Source of the DNA: the human T2T-CHM13v2.0 reference genome, Homo sapiens
Strand: one strand, 5' to 3'
DNA length: 64,000 bases
Assembly: GCF_009914755.1 (NCBI RefSeq)
Contig: NC_060929.1
Shown here: positions 1 through 12,171 of the stretch, piece after piece
How the letters are laid out: every line of letters begins with the position of its first letter
Numbering within the stretch: the first letter of the stretch is position 1
Notes under the pieces: model-generated
The model's database searches: none
Seen by the model: the letters and a program-made list of their open reading frames with translations, nothing else
Told to the model about the DNA's origin: nothing
Position numbers and translations under genes: made by a program

Positions 1-357
1 GCTATAACAAAATACTCCAGACTGGGTAATTTATAAAGAAGAGAATTTCATTTCTTACAGTTCTGGAGGCTGGGCAGTCCAAGATCAAGGCACTGGCACG
101 GGTGTCTGGTAAGGGCTGCTCTCTGCTTCCTAGGTGGTGCCTTGTTGCCGCGTCCCCAGCCGGCAGAAGGAGGAAGGGCAGGAAGGACTTCAACTAGTTC
201 CCTCCAGCCCTTTGAGAGGTCAGGAATCCATTCATGAGGGCTCTGCTCTCACGTCTTAATCACCTCCCAAAGTGCCTGAATGCCTTGTCTGTTAATACAA
301 CCCCAGAGGGATTACATTTCATAGAAATTTTGGAGGGGACACCTTCAAATCATAGCA
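1..357 (-). mobile_element. MaLR solo LTR (MLT1A/MSTD-like), cut by window start
   Basis: Reverse complement matches MaLR LTR motifs (ccagcctccagaactgt, aattacccagtct, ttgttatagc); ends ...aaatcatagca. Confidence 0.85.
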
Positions 358-363
358 AGCCGG

Positions 364-422
364 AAAAAAAAAAAAAAAAAAGAAGAAGCAGAGAGAGAGA
401 AGGTTTTTTTTTTTTTTTTTTT
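364..422. repeat. A18 tract and T19 tract separated by a 22-nt purine-rich spacer
   Basis: A run 364-381, T run 404-422, read directly. Confidence 0.95.
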
Positions 423-609
423 ACACTCAAGTATCTTTATAGATTTACAGAATTCATAGATAGAGCCTGCCTCCTTCAGGCACAGCTGGATCTGGAGGCC
501 CAGATGTATCATCAGGTTTGCATCTCTCCCTTCTGCCACATTCCCATTAGCACCCTGTTAACTCTGGCTTGCTCCCTATCACTAAGCAGCCTCAGTAGAA
601 AGAATGATG

Positions 610-850
610 TTTTTCCCAGTAATTTAACAGAAGTTGTTGGGCTAATTCTCACTGGCTTGGTTTGGGCCACGTGACCATCCCCAAACCAATTCCCAGGTGG
701 CAGGGAGGATGTGGTGCTCTGATTGGCTGGGTCTGGGTCCCATGTCCATCCGTGTAGCCAAGACCTGGGGTCAGATATGGCTGAACCACAGGCCTGAAAA
801 AGGAGGAAGATTGGCTTCCCAAGAGAAGTTGGGTGCTGTTAACAGAAGAT
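610..850 (-). mobile_element. Old MLT1 (J/K-like) LTR fragment
   Basis: gggccacgtgaccatccccaaaccaat...tgattggctgggtctgggtcccatgtcc resembles the antisense MLT1K/J consensus. Confidence 0.5.
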
Positions 851-1744
851 GAGGTGCAGATGCTGGTGAGGCAGCAAATGCCCATGGGAACTTACAAAGT
901 AGAAGAAAGGGCTTTATTAAAAGGCAACAATTATCTGTTAGATTGCTTGCTAGTAGAAGGAAGGGGCATATGTGTTGCTTTTACAAATCTTTCTAGAACA
1001 TTTTTTCAGAATCCTTAGTCCTGCTCCTTAGTTATGGGAGGACATATTCCATGAGACTTTAAGACAACTGGGATTATTTATTTAGTAAACCCTACAAAGA
1101 GAACAAGACACTAATTCTTTTTTTAAAAAAGACATTTGCAAGGTTTTAGAGTTCAGAGAATGATCTTTCCCAAGTGCTCTTCAGTGGACAAAATGAATAA
1201 AAATTTATATACATTGCTTATCAATGTATACAAATTATACCCAGAAATTCCATTCATTAAACTGCTCTCAAATGAGAGACATGGGAAGGGAGGTCCTGAT
1301 GCTCTTGGACACACAGGCTCTCCTGATGCTTTTAATAAGGGAGGCTTGTTCCAGCCAGTTGTTCTGGCTGTGGTCCAGTGAAGCTTGTTACATTCTATCA
1401 TCTCCCAAATTCCTCTTCAATTTCCTGTGAACTTTTTCCTTTTTTTCCCCATTCCTTTTATCTTTTTTTGAAATTTTAAAAATTCCATTTTCAGCATGAA
1501 TCTGCTTCCCGGCTATTTATAAGAGCTGTGTGCCACCAAGAGGTGACTGGTTTTTCAGAAAGAGACAGAAACATTTTGTTTTCTGTGCCCTTCCTGAACT
1601 TGAATGTGGAGTGAGATGTGACCAGACCCAAGGTTTCGCTCAGGTGCCACCGTGGCTAGAGGATGGCAGTAGCAGTTAGGACACATGGCAAGTAACAACA
1701 ACAATAACAAACAAAAATAAAAAATAAAGCAAACCAATACAAAC

Positions 1745-1865
1745 AAACAAACTCCTCAAACTGGCTAACATGTTACAGGAATGTATTGGCTCCTGTAATT
1801 CAAATGTCTAGAGACTGTAGGGCTTCAGGCACAGTTTGATCAGGCTTCAGCATTGCTTCTCTCCA
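1745..1865 (-). mobile_element. MLT1J/K-like LTR 3' fragment
   Basis: ctcaaactggct...tattggctcctgtaa...ggcttcaggcacagtttgatcagg. Confidence 0.5.
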
Positions 1866-1869
1866 TGAA

Positions 1870-1955
1870 AGGAGAGATTTTCATCTGTTTTATTCACTAA
1901 TGTAATTGAGGCACCTGGAAAAGTATCTGGAACAATAAATATTTTTTGGATGAAC
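1870..1955 (+). mobile_element. L2 3' end fragment
   Basis: tctgttttattcact...cacctggaaaagtatctgg..caataaatattttttggatgaa. Confidence 0.5.
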
Positions 1956-3249
1956 ACAATTATCTCAACCTCTGCCTTTCTTTCTCTGTGAGTTGGTTTA
2001 GCCTCAGGCAGTACAGAGCAGTGGATGGTGGGATGATGTCTTCCCTCTCTCTCTCTCTCTTTCTCTTTCCTCCTTTGCTTTCTCTCCCCGCATAGTGCAC
2101 CCACTTGCACTATTACCTAAATCTTCACAACTTCCCAAGGCCTCTAGCATTTTACAGAGAAGGAAACTGAGGCCAGGTCTCTGAAAGAATCTGCCTTTAG
2201 ACAGTCCTTTCATTCTCCTGTGAAAGACCGTGGCAGATACATTTCCACTTTAATCTCTCAGCCCCTACCTTGGTTTACATTCCAAAGAAACAGCTGCCTC
2301 CCAGCCAGCTGGACAAGGAGCTGAAATTCATTCACTAGTCCTGCTGGACTCTCTGTTCTCAAATAGGCAACACAATTCTTTCTTATCATAACTGCTGTCA
2401 GTTTGTGAAAAGGGAACACGTGGCAGCTTGACCGCTCCACTGGGACAGCCGTGAACCACTGCCACCGCCACTGTGGGGAGAAGCACTGAGGTCACCCTAG
2501 GCCCCACTCAGGCTAGGTCTCTGGGGCTGATGGGCTCTTCTGACTACAGCTGCTTTGAATCTAAACTCTCCTCTGTGGAGCGTCCCCCAAAATCACACTG
2601 TTTTTTTAAAAAAATAACTAAATGTACCCTGATTGGGAGTTAACTGGATTTCCTGTTATTTAAATATTCAAATATTTAAATGTTAGTTAAATATTCAAAC
2701 ATTTAACACCTTTTCGTTCTCTGATTTGAGAATGTCTCATGTCCTTAGGATGAGCCTCCTGGTGGAGGAGAGTGCTCCTGCCTCTCCTGCCTCTCTTTAT
2801 GGATTGTATGTCAAGGAGACACCCGCAAGGACTCTGGTGGCCTGGACATACTTCTGGAAGACTGACTCTTCCAGACTGATGAAACCAAAGGTGAGAAGGA
2901 GGCACGAACAGAATCCAACAAAAATTACACAGTTTGAGCTTCAGTCCAGACCCCAGGATCAAAGGCAGTGTGTAACAGACCCCGCGTAGTAGCCAGAACT
3001 TTTTAAACAGGACTGTGTTGCCAGGCTGAGAATCCACAGAGGCTGGCCAGAGATAACACAAGGAGAAACCAACAGTCTCTCCAGTTTTGGTGTGGAATTT
3101 GCAGTAGTAGCCTGGGCCAGGGTCCACAGCATTGCACGCATGCTCCACTAGGTCATTTTAGCACACTGCATTTTCTAACTTTTCGTGAACTCAAACTAAG
3201 AGAAGACATCATTAGCAACCTGATTTCCGAGTTGTTACTTCCTCTCAAT

Positions 3250-3570
3250 CCCCTAAATCCCCCATGCAGGTAAAATGGGGAACTGTGTGATGGATAGCAG
3301 AGCGGGTAGGTGAATGTACATCTGTTGAACAACGCTTCTTGATGAATGGATGGAGACCGATCTGTGTGGAGGACTCTGGGTGGGGGGAGGGCTTTTCCTT
3401 ATACAGCATTTTCATGAATGGTCTCAATAAAGATATGGAAGACAGGCTTATCACATTTGCAGATGAAACAAAGCCAGGATAGAAAGGTGATGCTATAGAC
3501 GATGGAAAGAAAATGCCAAAGGTCTTAGGCTCCAACCAAGTGTGACACGTAACAGAGATGAATGTCAAGT
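3250..3570 (+). mobile_element. L3/CR1 LINE fossil, ORF2 reverse transcriptase segment
   Basis: 3399-3479 translates LYSIFMNGLNKDMEDRLITFADETKPG, matching the CR1 RT motif (F)NIFINDLD.G.E..L.KFADDTKLGG. Confidence 0.75.
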
Positions 3571-4218
3571 GTCACGTTTAGATCCATGACACAAATCTGT
3601 GAATTGATCCACATCGCTGGGGAAGGCCTGACTTTAACTTCCTTCCTGGTTTCCAACTCTTGGTGTCTTTTTGTTCTCCCACAAAGCTTCCTTCTTATCC
3701 ACGGTTCCTTTCCGTGGATCCCTTTTCTCCCTAAAGTGATCCTGGAGCTGTATGGGAATGTTCCACGCTACCCCTGCTGTGTCCTCTTAGGACAATGCCT
3801 TCCAGCCCTCTGGGACCCACCTGGGGGACAGAGTGAGAACTGTGGTTCTCAGAGCCACAAATAGGACAAGCAACTCCATGGACAGAGGTCAGGCAAAGGC
3901 TTCATGGGTGCCCGGGAGGAGGCTGCGCCACCGAGCAGGAAGTGGCCACCACAGGTTGCAAGTGGCCGGCTGTGGGATGGGCCTTCGGGCTGCTGGAGAC
4001 CCCGTTCTGCGTGGCTTCCTGCACTCGATGGCCCGTTCCCCAGTCTTGGAATGCTTGGATCATAAGGGCTCTGATCTTTTGTGAGCTCTGCCGTTTTTGT
4101 TTGTTTCAAGATCTTTATCACAGTTAAATAATTTTTTTAGGAGTTTATGTATGGGTAGTTTAAATGTTCTTGAATATGTTTTTTTTTCATTTAAAATTTT
4201 TTAATCTCTCAATCCTAA

Positions 4219-4220
<2 letters not shown>

Positions 4221-4251
<31 letters not shown>
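4221..4251. repeat. (AC)15 microsatellite
   Basis: Direct. Confidence 0.97.
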
Positions 4252-4255
<4 letters not shown>

Positions 4256-5259
4256 TATACATATGCAGCCTTCTGTGAATATTGGATATGGAACCAATTA
4301 CTCTAGGTTGCAGTAATTACTTTTATATAACTAGAGTTGGGGACTTGTGAATCAATTCCATACCCATTAGCAATGTACGCGTGAGCCAAGATTTTTTTTT
4401 TTCTTTCTTTTTTTAACAGGACTGGACAGTGTTGAATCCTTGGGGGGAAGAAAAACCAACACTTTTTTTTTAAGCTGACAGCACATTCCATCCACTCGGC
4501 AATGTAGAACTAATGAAGATATAAGTGTAAGAAAACCTATAATTGAATCCAGCACGTAGCAAGCATAGTTGAGCGGCGAGTACACCCAAGCTGAAATCAC
4601 ATGTGCTCCTGTCTAATCCTCTCCGGGCGCCCAGCACAGGGAAATATTTCTGGATTGTGTCTCAGGCTGTGATTTCTATCCAAGGCAGAATAGAAACGGC
4701 CTTTTCCCTGGGCAGAGGCTTTGGGCTGTCAGGGGGCACCTGAGTTGCCTTTGATAAGGCTGCCGTTTGGATGGTGATTTAAAGAGCAAGGCTAGAAAAA
4801 AATAACCTTGAGAAAGAGGAGTGTTTTGGACTAGAGCCCTTCTTGCGCGCTTTCATTCCGCTTCCCTTGCCAGTGTTTCTCAGTTTCCCCCATGGTGGCT
4901 GGAGGTGCGTCTGTCCCCACAACCCAGAATTGGGGCAGTCCCTCAGGAGCTGCTTTTCGATCCCAGCCCTCTGGTGTCCAACATTCAGAGCAAGCCCGAT
5001 CAACCCAGCCCACTAAGTTCCCTGCATCCGAGGACCCCTTTGATGCGTGGAAACGAGTGGGAGGGAGGCCAGAGTGCAACTGTGTTTTCCTTTCAACATT
5101 CCTCAGGAGTGATTCACTGCCAGGTGTCCCCAATACCCCCAGCTGCTCCGTCCCCTGCAGTTGTTCCGTAGGGATGAGGCTTTTTGATGCCCTGTCCTTG
5201 GCCCTGCCTGGCTTCCTGTCTGGGGCAGGAGAGAGCAGAATGGCCCCCAGAAACTCTGC

Positions 5260-5495
5260 TCTGGATGTAGGACTGCTTGCTCTGGAAGCCGTGGTGTGTG
5301 CCTCTGGCAGGCTGCTCTGACCAGCAAGCGGCAGCTGGATGCTTTGTGCACTGAACTAAGGCTGCGGTGGGTTGAATGCGCATACCTCTGCGTGGCTCCC
5401 ACAGTACCCACCACTCCCTGTTGTTTCCTGCTCAGTGTAACGTTCTATTTCGTTATCTGGGTTCTCTGCTGGGCAGTGTTTGAGTTTAGACCCTG
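5260..5495 (+). mobile_element. MER102-like hAT-Charlie DNA transposon fragment
   Basis: ccacagtacccaccactccctgttgt...tttgagtttagaccctg resembles the MER102 3' end. Confidence 0.5.
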
Positions 5496-6523
5496 ACCAG
5501 AGAGAGGGAGCAGGTGCTGTGCCATGTGGCCACTGTGGCGGATTTATGCAGGGGCACCCACTCCCCGGCTGCCCCTGCCTCCAGGCAGTTGAGCTGAGGG
5601 TGTTTGCTCAGCTGCCCTGGCGCCTAGCCTGTGGGGCCATGGCCTTCTGCTTCTAGGCCATGGAAGGTGGCATGGGCCCAGAGAATTGGGCAGGTGTGCT
5701 GCCAGGCCCAGTCCCCGGGGCCTTGGGGGCCTGGATTGGAAGCTGCAGGGAGGTCCCTGGGAGTCCTCTGAGCAGGCGGCCTGCGTTGGGACACCCTGGC
5801 CTTTTAGCTGTTGAGTCCTAGTTGGAAGGGGCATTCATTCCAGGGACATTCTTTCTGTCTGGAGCAGAGACTTGGCCTGAACCTTGAACCAAAAACCGGA
5901 ACAAACTGCACTCGTTTGCTCAACCTCGAACCAAATCCAAATATTGTTTATATCGCTGAGAACCAAACCAGGGTTCTGGGGTTTGGTTTGGTTTGTTTTC
6001 CCACCAGAGAACATTTAGGGAACAAGGCTGAGCTGCAACAGGACTAGGAGGGAACCTGAAGAGGCCCTTTGTGTGGATTTTGGACTCAGCGAGCTCTCGG
6101 TCAGGGGAACACTGCAAGACACAGTTAGGTCTGCAGAGGTTGCACTAGGTGGACTGTAGGGCTGGAGAAGCTATGGGGCCAACGTCTGTCCTGAGGAGAG
6201 GACAGTCACAAGTCCACATCTCTGTAAACAGTGCTGTGTGGTGTGGGATGCCCCGTACATTGCTACCAGGCAGCAGTGATGACTAGGGGATGCCAACGGT
6301 GGGTACAGAACTGCATACATGGAGGGAACTTTAATGAAATCATGCACCGATTGATTTTTCTGAATTTATTTCCGGTTTACTCTAGGTCACTCAATAGCCA
6401 TCTGCTTAGCACCTGGCGCCATACTGAGGCAGATCCCAAAGAAACAGCAAAGGGTTGGCCTCCACTCTCTCCGAGTCCTTGGTACACTTTGGGGGCTGGC
6501 GCTACAGTGTCTTGGAGATACAC

Positions 6524-6910
6524 TGTCATGTTCAAATAGTGTAGCTCACAAATTCATGTCCCCTTGGAAGCTCAGGATGTGGCCCTATCTGGAAATAGGG
6601 TCTTTGTAGATGTAATTCATTAAGGTTCTCATGACAAAAGCATCCTGGATTTTGAGTGGGCATGAACTCCAATGACTGGTGTCCTTGTAATAAGAGGAGA
6701 GGACACACAGCCACACAGGGAGAAGGAGGCCACATGAAGACAGGGGCAGAGGCTGGAGGGAGGCAGCCAGAAGCCAAGGAGGCCAGGGAGGAGTTGCTCC
6801 TGGAGTCTTCGGAGGGAGTGCAGACCTGTGACACTGTGAAAGGTGTCCCTTTCCTGTGGGAAAGTAAATATCTGTTGTTTGAAGCCACTCACAGTCACAC
6901 AAACCAAATA
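6524..6910 (+). mobile_element. MLT1C-like MaLR solo LTR
   Basis: tctggaaatagggtctttgtagatgtaatt...ccaatgactggtgtcctt...gaaggaggccacatgaagac. Confidence 0.8.
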
Positions 6911-7514
6911 GCGAAGCCCCCGAGATGCCACACTCACACCTCCTTTCTTTGAAAAAGTGAATTCTTCTGCATAATTAGCCACATTTTTGTCATGTGACCT
7001 TGCCACCCTGGTCACACATGGTTGGACCCAGGATTGGTTGGACATATGGCAATGCCCATGCTGGATTGGGAGATTTCTCATCAGCTTGTCCTTTGAGAAA
7101 AAGAGACACATGCACACAGAGGGGCATCTGGTGGAAGTCAAGATATGGAGCAGGAGGCAGAAACCTGAAAATAGGTTGATGCAGAGAGCGGCAAGAAGCT
7201 CTGATGAAGAGAGAGCGAGCGAGAGTGAGAGTGTTAGGGGCAGTCTGCAGAATCGGTGGCCATGTTGCTCACTCAGCAGAAGCACTGTTAGATCCTCCAA
7301 GAAGCCTGGGTCCGGCTACTGTGAATGCATTTGCTTCCTAGGCTCCTGCACTTCCTCTGGATTCTCGTAGTCCAGCCCCAAGTCCAGAGAGAACCCGGGC
7401 ACTCCTCTGTTCCCGGCAAATGAAACAGCCCAGCCAACACCAAACACAGGTGACACCACCGAGAAAAATAGGCACTCACATTTGGTTGTGTTTCATCCAA
7501 GGCCAGCCCGTATA

Positions 7515-7675
7515 TAAACTATTTCCTGGCTGTGTTACCCGTGCAGTTGCTTAACCTCTGTGAGTGTCATCTATCAAATGGAGTTCATGCCATCCTCAGA
7601 GGGTTTTGTGAGGATTAAATAAGCCATAGAAAACGAAACACTCACTCCAATGCCTGGCATCAAGCAGGGTCCTCA
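7515..7675 (+). mobile_element. MIR SINE
   Basis: MIR core: gcttaacctctgtgag...catctatcaaatgg...ttgtgaggattaaat...tgcctggca. Confidence 0.7.
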
Positions 7676-8691
7676 TGGTTTCCTTTGCTTCGAGGGGATG
7701 CAGCAATTCAAAGTCTGGATTGAGGTCTGGGTCTATAGTGTTGAAAACTGACACATGCTTCCACATGCTTCCAGTTTAACCAGTCTGCAAGTGATATTTT
7801 GAAAACTCTTTGGAAGGGTTCAGTTCAAGTTTCCATAACACAATTGAACTTGGGTGGAAATTTAGCAAAGCAGTGTGTTCCTCCTCCCCGCCCTGGACTT
7901 TTTTTCTTTCTTGTTTATGGCTTGATTTTCACTGATGTTCCTGCAAGAACTCATCCATACAGCATTAATTAAGACATCAGCAGAGGCCCTGAAAGTTGAT
8001 TTTTGGAGCCCATTAGCCTGCCAGAACATTTCCTAGCTTATGAAAAAATTTTTTTTACAAGTCTGATAACACTTTGTACATCATTGGACCTCAACAGTAT
8101 CGCGCAACCAAATCAGCACTGGCCTCACCCTCACTGTTTCCTAACGCTGCGCCATTCTCTAGTGCTCCAGCTCTGGGCCACGCCCCCGGCCTGGGCACCC
8201 AGTCCTTTAAGAGAGACAGCATAAGATTTTTAAAATGTGGAATCATGTTCCTCACGGGCACGCGACTTAGGAAAAACAAGGAGAGTTGAGGCAAAACAGA
8301 TCATATTATCTAGTGCAGCCTATCGTGTCTTCCGGAGGTAGAAATGCTTCTTTAGGAGGTCCCCAGTGCGGTTCCCAGGCCCTGTGCCTCCAGTTCCACC
8401 CTCTGATTTTCATCCTTGGTCTTCTCCTCTTCCTACCAGGCTGGCTCAGCCGCCAGCCTGCTCTGTGGCTGAGCAGTTCCGTAGCAGGGCTCTGCTGCAT
8501 GCATTTCCCAGTGTGCTTTCCCAGTGATGGCTCCCAGTGGAGAGGATAAAGGTGTGGTGGGAAAGGAAAAAAGACCCCCATGTGAATGACCAAAAATAGC
8601 AGCTCTAGCTAGGGGAGGGCAAGGAGGCGGGGGGCAAGAAATGGGGATGTATACAGAGGCTGTGAGGGGCCCTGTAATGTTTTATTTCTTT

Positions 8692-8892
8692 TTTGAGATA
8701 TGGTCTCACTCCCGTCGCCCAGGCCAGAGTGCAGTGCACCACCACGCCTGGCTAATTGTCTGTATTTTTTTTAGTAGAGATGGGGTTTCACCATGTTGCT
8801 CTGGCTGGTCTCAAACTCCTGGACTCAAGTGATCCACTTGCCTTGGTCTCCAAAAGTACTGGGGTTACAGGCGTGAACTACCATGCCTAGCC
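8692..8892 (-). mobile_element. Alu (J/S-like) with internal right-arm deletion
   Basis: Alu sequence jumps from gagtgcagtg to caccaccacgcc; 14-bp TSD tgttttatttcttt at 8678-8691 and 8893-8906. Confidence 0.9.
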
Positions 8893-8955
8893 TGTTTTAT
8901 TTCTTTGTTTTAAAAAAAGGTTGGTGGGAAAAATGGCATCATGATAAGACAATAA

Positions 8956-9280
<325 letters not shown>

Positions 9281-10329
9281 TATAATAAAGCTTTATTTTA
9301 AAAATACTTGGAAAGAGATGTTGGACTTAAAAAGAATAAAATAAAAAAGAATTTCCTGTGTTGAGAAAGCTTTTAAAAGCAGTCTATACGGAATTTGCCC
9401 TACGTGAATGAGAACTGGGGTATTGAAATTCTTCTTGAGTATTTGAATGACTATTTGAGCACATCATAGAGATATAGATTGAAATAGCTTCCCCTGTCAC
9501 AGAAAGCCACATATTTAATCCATTGACACAATGTAGACCTTTGAAGTATCTGACCCTGTATGAAGGTTTCTTCAAACGATGATTCTGCTTTAGGGCCCTC
9601 TTTGTGATGGGATTTTTCATTCTTTCCTCCAAAGCCAGTTTATTTCTCAAGATTGTTCTCTGCTGAATAAGAAGAGAAGTATTTGGGCAATCACTGCCCG
9701 TAGCTAGGACTCTTGTTCCTTGGGATCTGGGGCCAAAGCGAGGATTGTTTTCGAGGCTCCAGGATGACCGTGTGTCGTGAGAGCAGCTGTTGCGTGCTCA
9801 GCTCTTGTACGCTGGGCCTGTGTAAGTGTTCCTGGATCTACATCCTGGTGTCCTCAATGCACTCCTGCGATGTCCATGAGTGCTGGAGGTCAGGCAGGGC
9901 AGCGAGTTCATTCACACCCAGAAACTGAGGCAAGCTCTAATTTGCTTCTGAGATGGCTAAGGACTAGGGGAACACTATTTATGGAGGCTTGAACCCCTTC
10001 ATTATGACCTGGTGCTGTTCGGATTTCTCTTTGTGTGTGCATCCCTGGAGGTATATAGTTACCTTTTCCTTGACTAAGAGCTTTCAGAACATGGAGAGGC
10101 CATGCACAAGAAGACCTCCTACAACCAGCGGTGACCTCTTTGATTTCTTGGAGGGTTTGTGTGGTGATTTTAGCCAGTCCTCCAGGACTTGACCTGGGCA
10201 GCAATGAAGGGCCCAAGGTGTGCTGAGTGTGCTGCAGAGGAGAGTCAGAAGCCAGAGAGGGGCTGTTGTGCCCTCTGCTTGTTACATCACTTGAATGAAC
10301 ACCCTTCTCATGGTGATGATAATATCCAA

Positions 10330-11545
10330 TCAAAACATTGCCTAGTAAATGAAAGAACTCCCAGGGAACAAAGCAGGACCAATTTAAGCAACAAAATAAA
10401 GTAGTATTGCATTCTAACCTAAAATATAAAATAAATAACCACAAGTCCATTTTGATATAAACACATGATTGATATGTTAATAAATTGAGGAGAAAATAAC
10501 AAATATCCTATGTGGGAAAATCCCAAGTAATTTATGTAGCTATTTTTGTTGTTGTTGTTGTTTTTAGAGACAAGGTCTCACCCTGTTGCCCAGGCTGGAG
10601 TGCAGTGGCACAATCATGGCTCACTGCAACCTCTGCCTCCTCAGGATAAAGGGATCCTCCTGCCTCAGCCTCCTGAGTAGCTGGGACCACAGACGCATGC
10701 TACCATGCCCGCCTAATTTTTGTATTTTTTGTAGAGACGGGATTTCACCATATTGTCCAGGCTGGTCTTGAATGCCTAGGCTCAAGCAATCTGCCTGCCT
10801 CAGCCTCCCAAAGTGCTGGGATTACAGGTGTGAGCCGCTGGGCCAGGCTATTCTACCTTAAAGGAGGTGGAGAATAACTCATCACTCCTCAAGCGTGGGT
10901 TGTGCATAGCACGTTTCTTCCAAAGAGTTCGCCATGCAAAGTGGGGAAAACTGGGCAGTGGGGAGTGGAGAGACCTGACAAACACTACCTCAGCCAGGCG
11001 GTCAAGGCCAGCACCAGCAGTCATAAACCATGTGGACAGCATGACCCTGGATATGATGTGCTGAAAATAGTGCTTTACTTCTGTGATCTGCCTTCCACAA
11101 ACCCATACCCTCGGTAAAATTATGAGAGAAACACCAGACAAATTCTCATAGTAGGGCAGCCTGCAATATACCTGCCCAGTACTCATCAGAACTGCCAAGG
11201 TTGCTAAAAACAAGGGAAGTCTGAGAAACTCACAGCAAAGAGGAGCTTCAGGAGACATGACAGCTAAATGTGAGGTGGCATCCTGGATGGGTTCCTGGAA
11301 CACGAAAAGGACATCAGGCTAAAACTAAGGCAACCTGAATGAACCATTGAATTTAGTTAATAATAATGTTTCAATCTTGGTTTTTTAATTATAACAAATG
11401 TACCACACATATGAGATGCTAGTAATAGGGGAATTGTGTGTGTGGGAGGGGTGGGTGGGGTATAGATGGGAACTCTGTATTCTCTATGCAATTTTTCTGT
11501 AAATCTAAAACTGTTCTCAAAAAGTCTATTAATTTTTTAAAAATT
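10330..11545 (+). mobile_element. L1MC4-like 3' UTR, interrupted by an Alu
   Basis: aaacactacctcagccagg...aaacaagggaagtctgagaaact...gggaactctgtattctct..caatttttctgtaaatctaaaact. Confidence 0.8.
10543..10846 (-). mobile_element. AluJ (Jb-like), full length
   Basis: Dimeric Alu with a (gtt)n-degenerate tail. Confidence 0.92.
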
Positions 11546-11726
11546 AAGGAAAATAGGAAAAAGTACACTGAGATGACAATAGCAGACATTTTTGTTCCAT
11601 GCATACATAAATAATTAAGATGTCATATTTATTTCAAGCTTCTTTAATACATAAATTATAAAAGTTGAAAAAAATGTTGCTGCAATGGATCAACTAAAAA
11701 TATGGTTGTAAAAATACTATAGCATC

Positions 11727-12171
11727 TGTGGTGGATTTAAGATGGTCACAGATTCTTTGGCTCTCTGTTTCTTCACCCCCTTGAATCTGGGCAGAAGTGA
11801 TGTGTGCCAGTACAAGGCTTGTCTTTGACAAGACTGGCTGTTTCTGCCTTCTGGAACATGGCAGCCATGTTGTGAGGCAGCCCAAGCAGCCACGTAGAGA
11901 AGCTCACGAACTTTCTTCATATACTGACAGCCCAGTTGAACTTCCAGCCCACAGCTAGCACCAACTTGCCAGCCATGTGAGTGAATCATCGTGGAAATGA
12001 TATCTGCCAGCCCTGGCCAAAATGCCCCAGCTGATGCCACATAAAGCAAAAATTAGCAGTTGCCACCAAGCCCTGCCTAAATTGCAAAATCGTGAGTAAA
12101 AAATGATTGGTGTTGTTTTAAGCCTCCAAGTTTCAGGATGATTGGTTATCCTAATAAAAGATGACCCAAAC
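11727..12171 (+). mobile_element. MLT1G/H-like MaLR LTR
   Basis: tgtggtggatttaagatgg...agcaccaacttgccagccatgtgagtga...tgttgttttaagcc. Confidence 0.7.

Noticed and set aside
6629-7300. 223-aa minus-strand ORF
   Set aside because: Runs through MLT1C and other LTR-like sequence; Leu/Ser/Cys-rich with no recognisable domain
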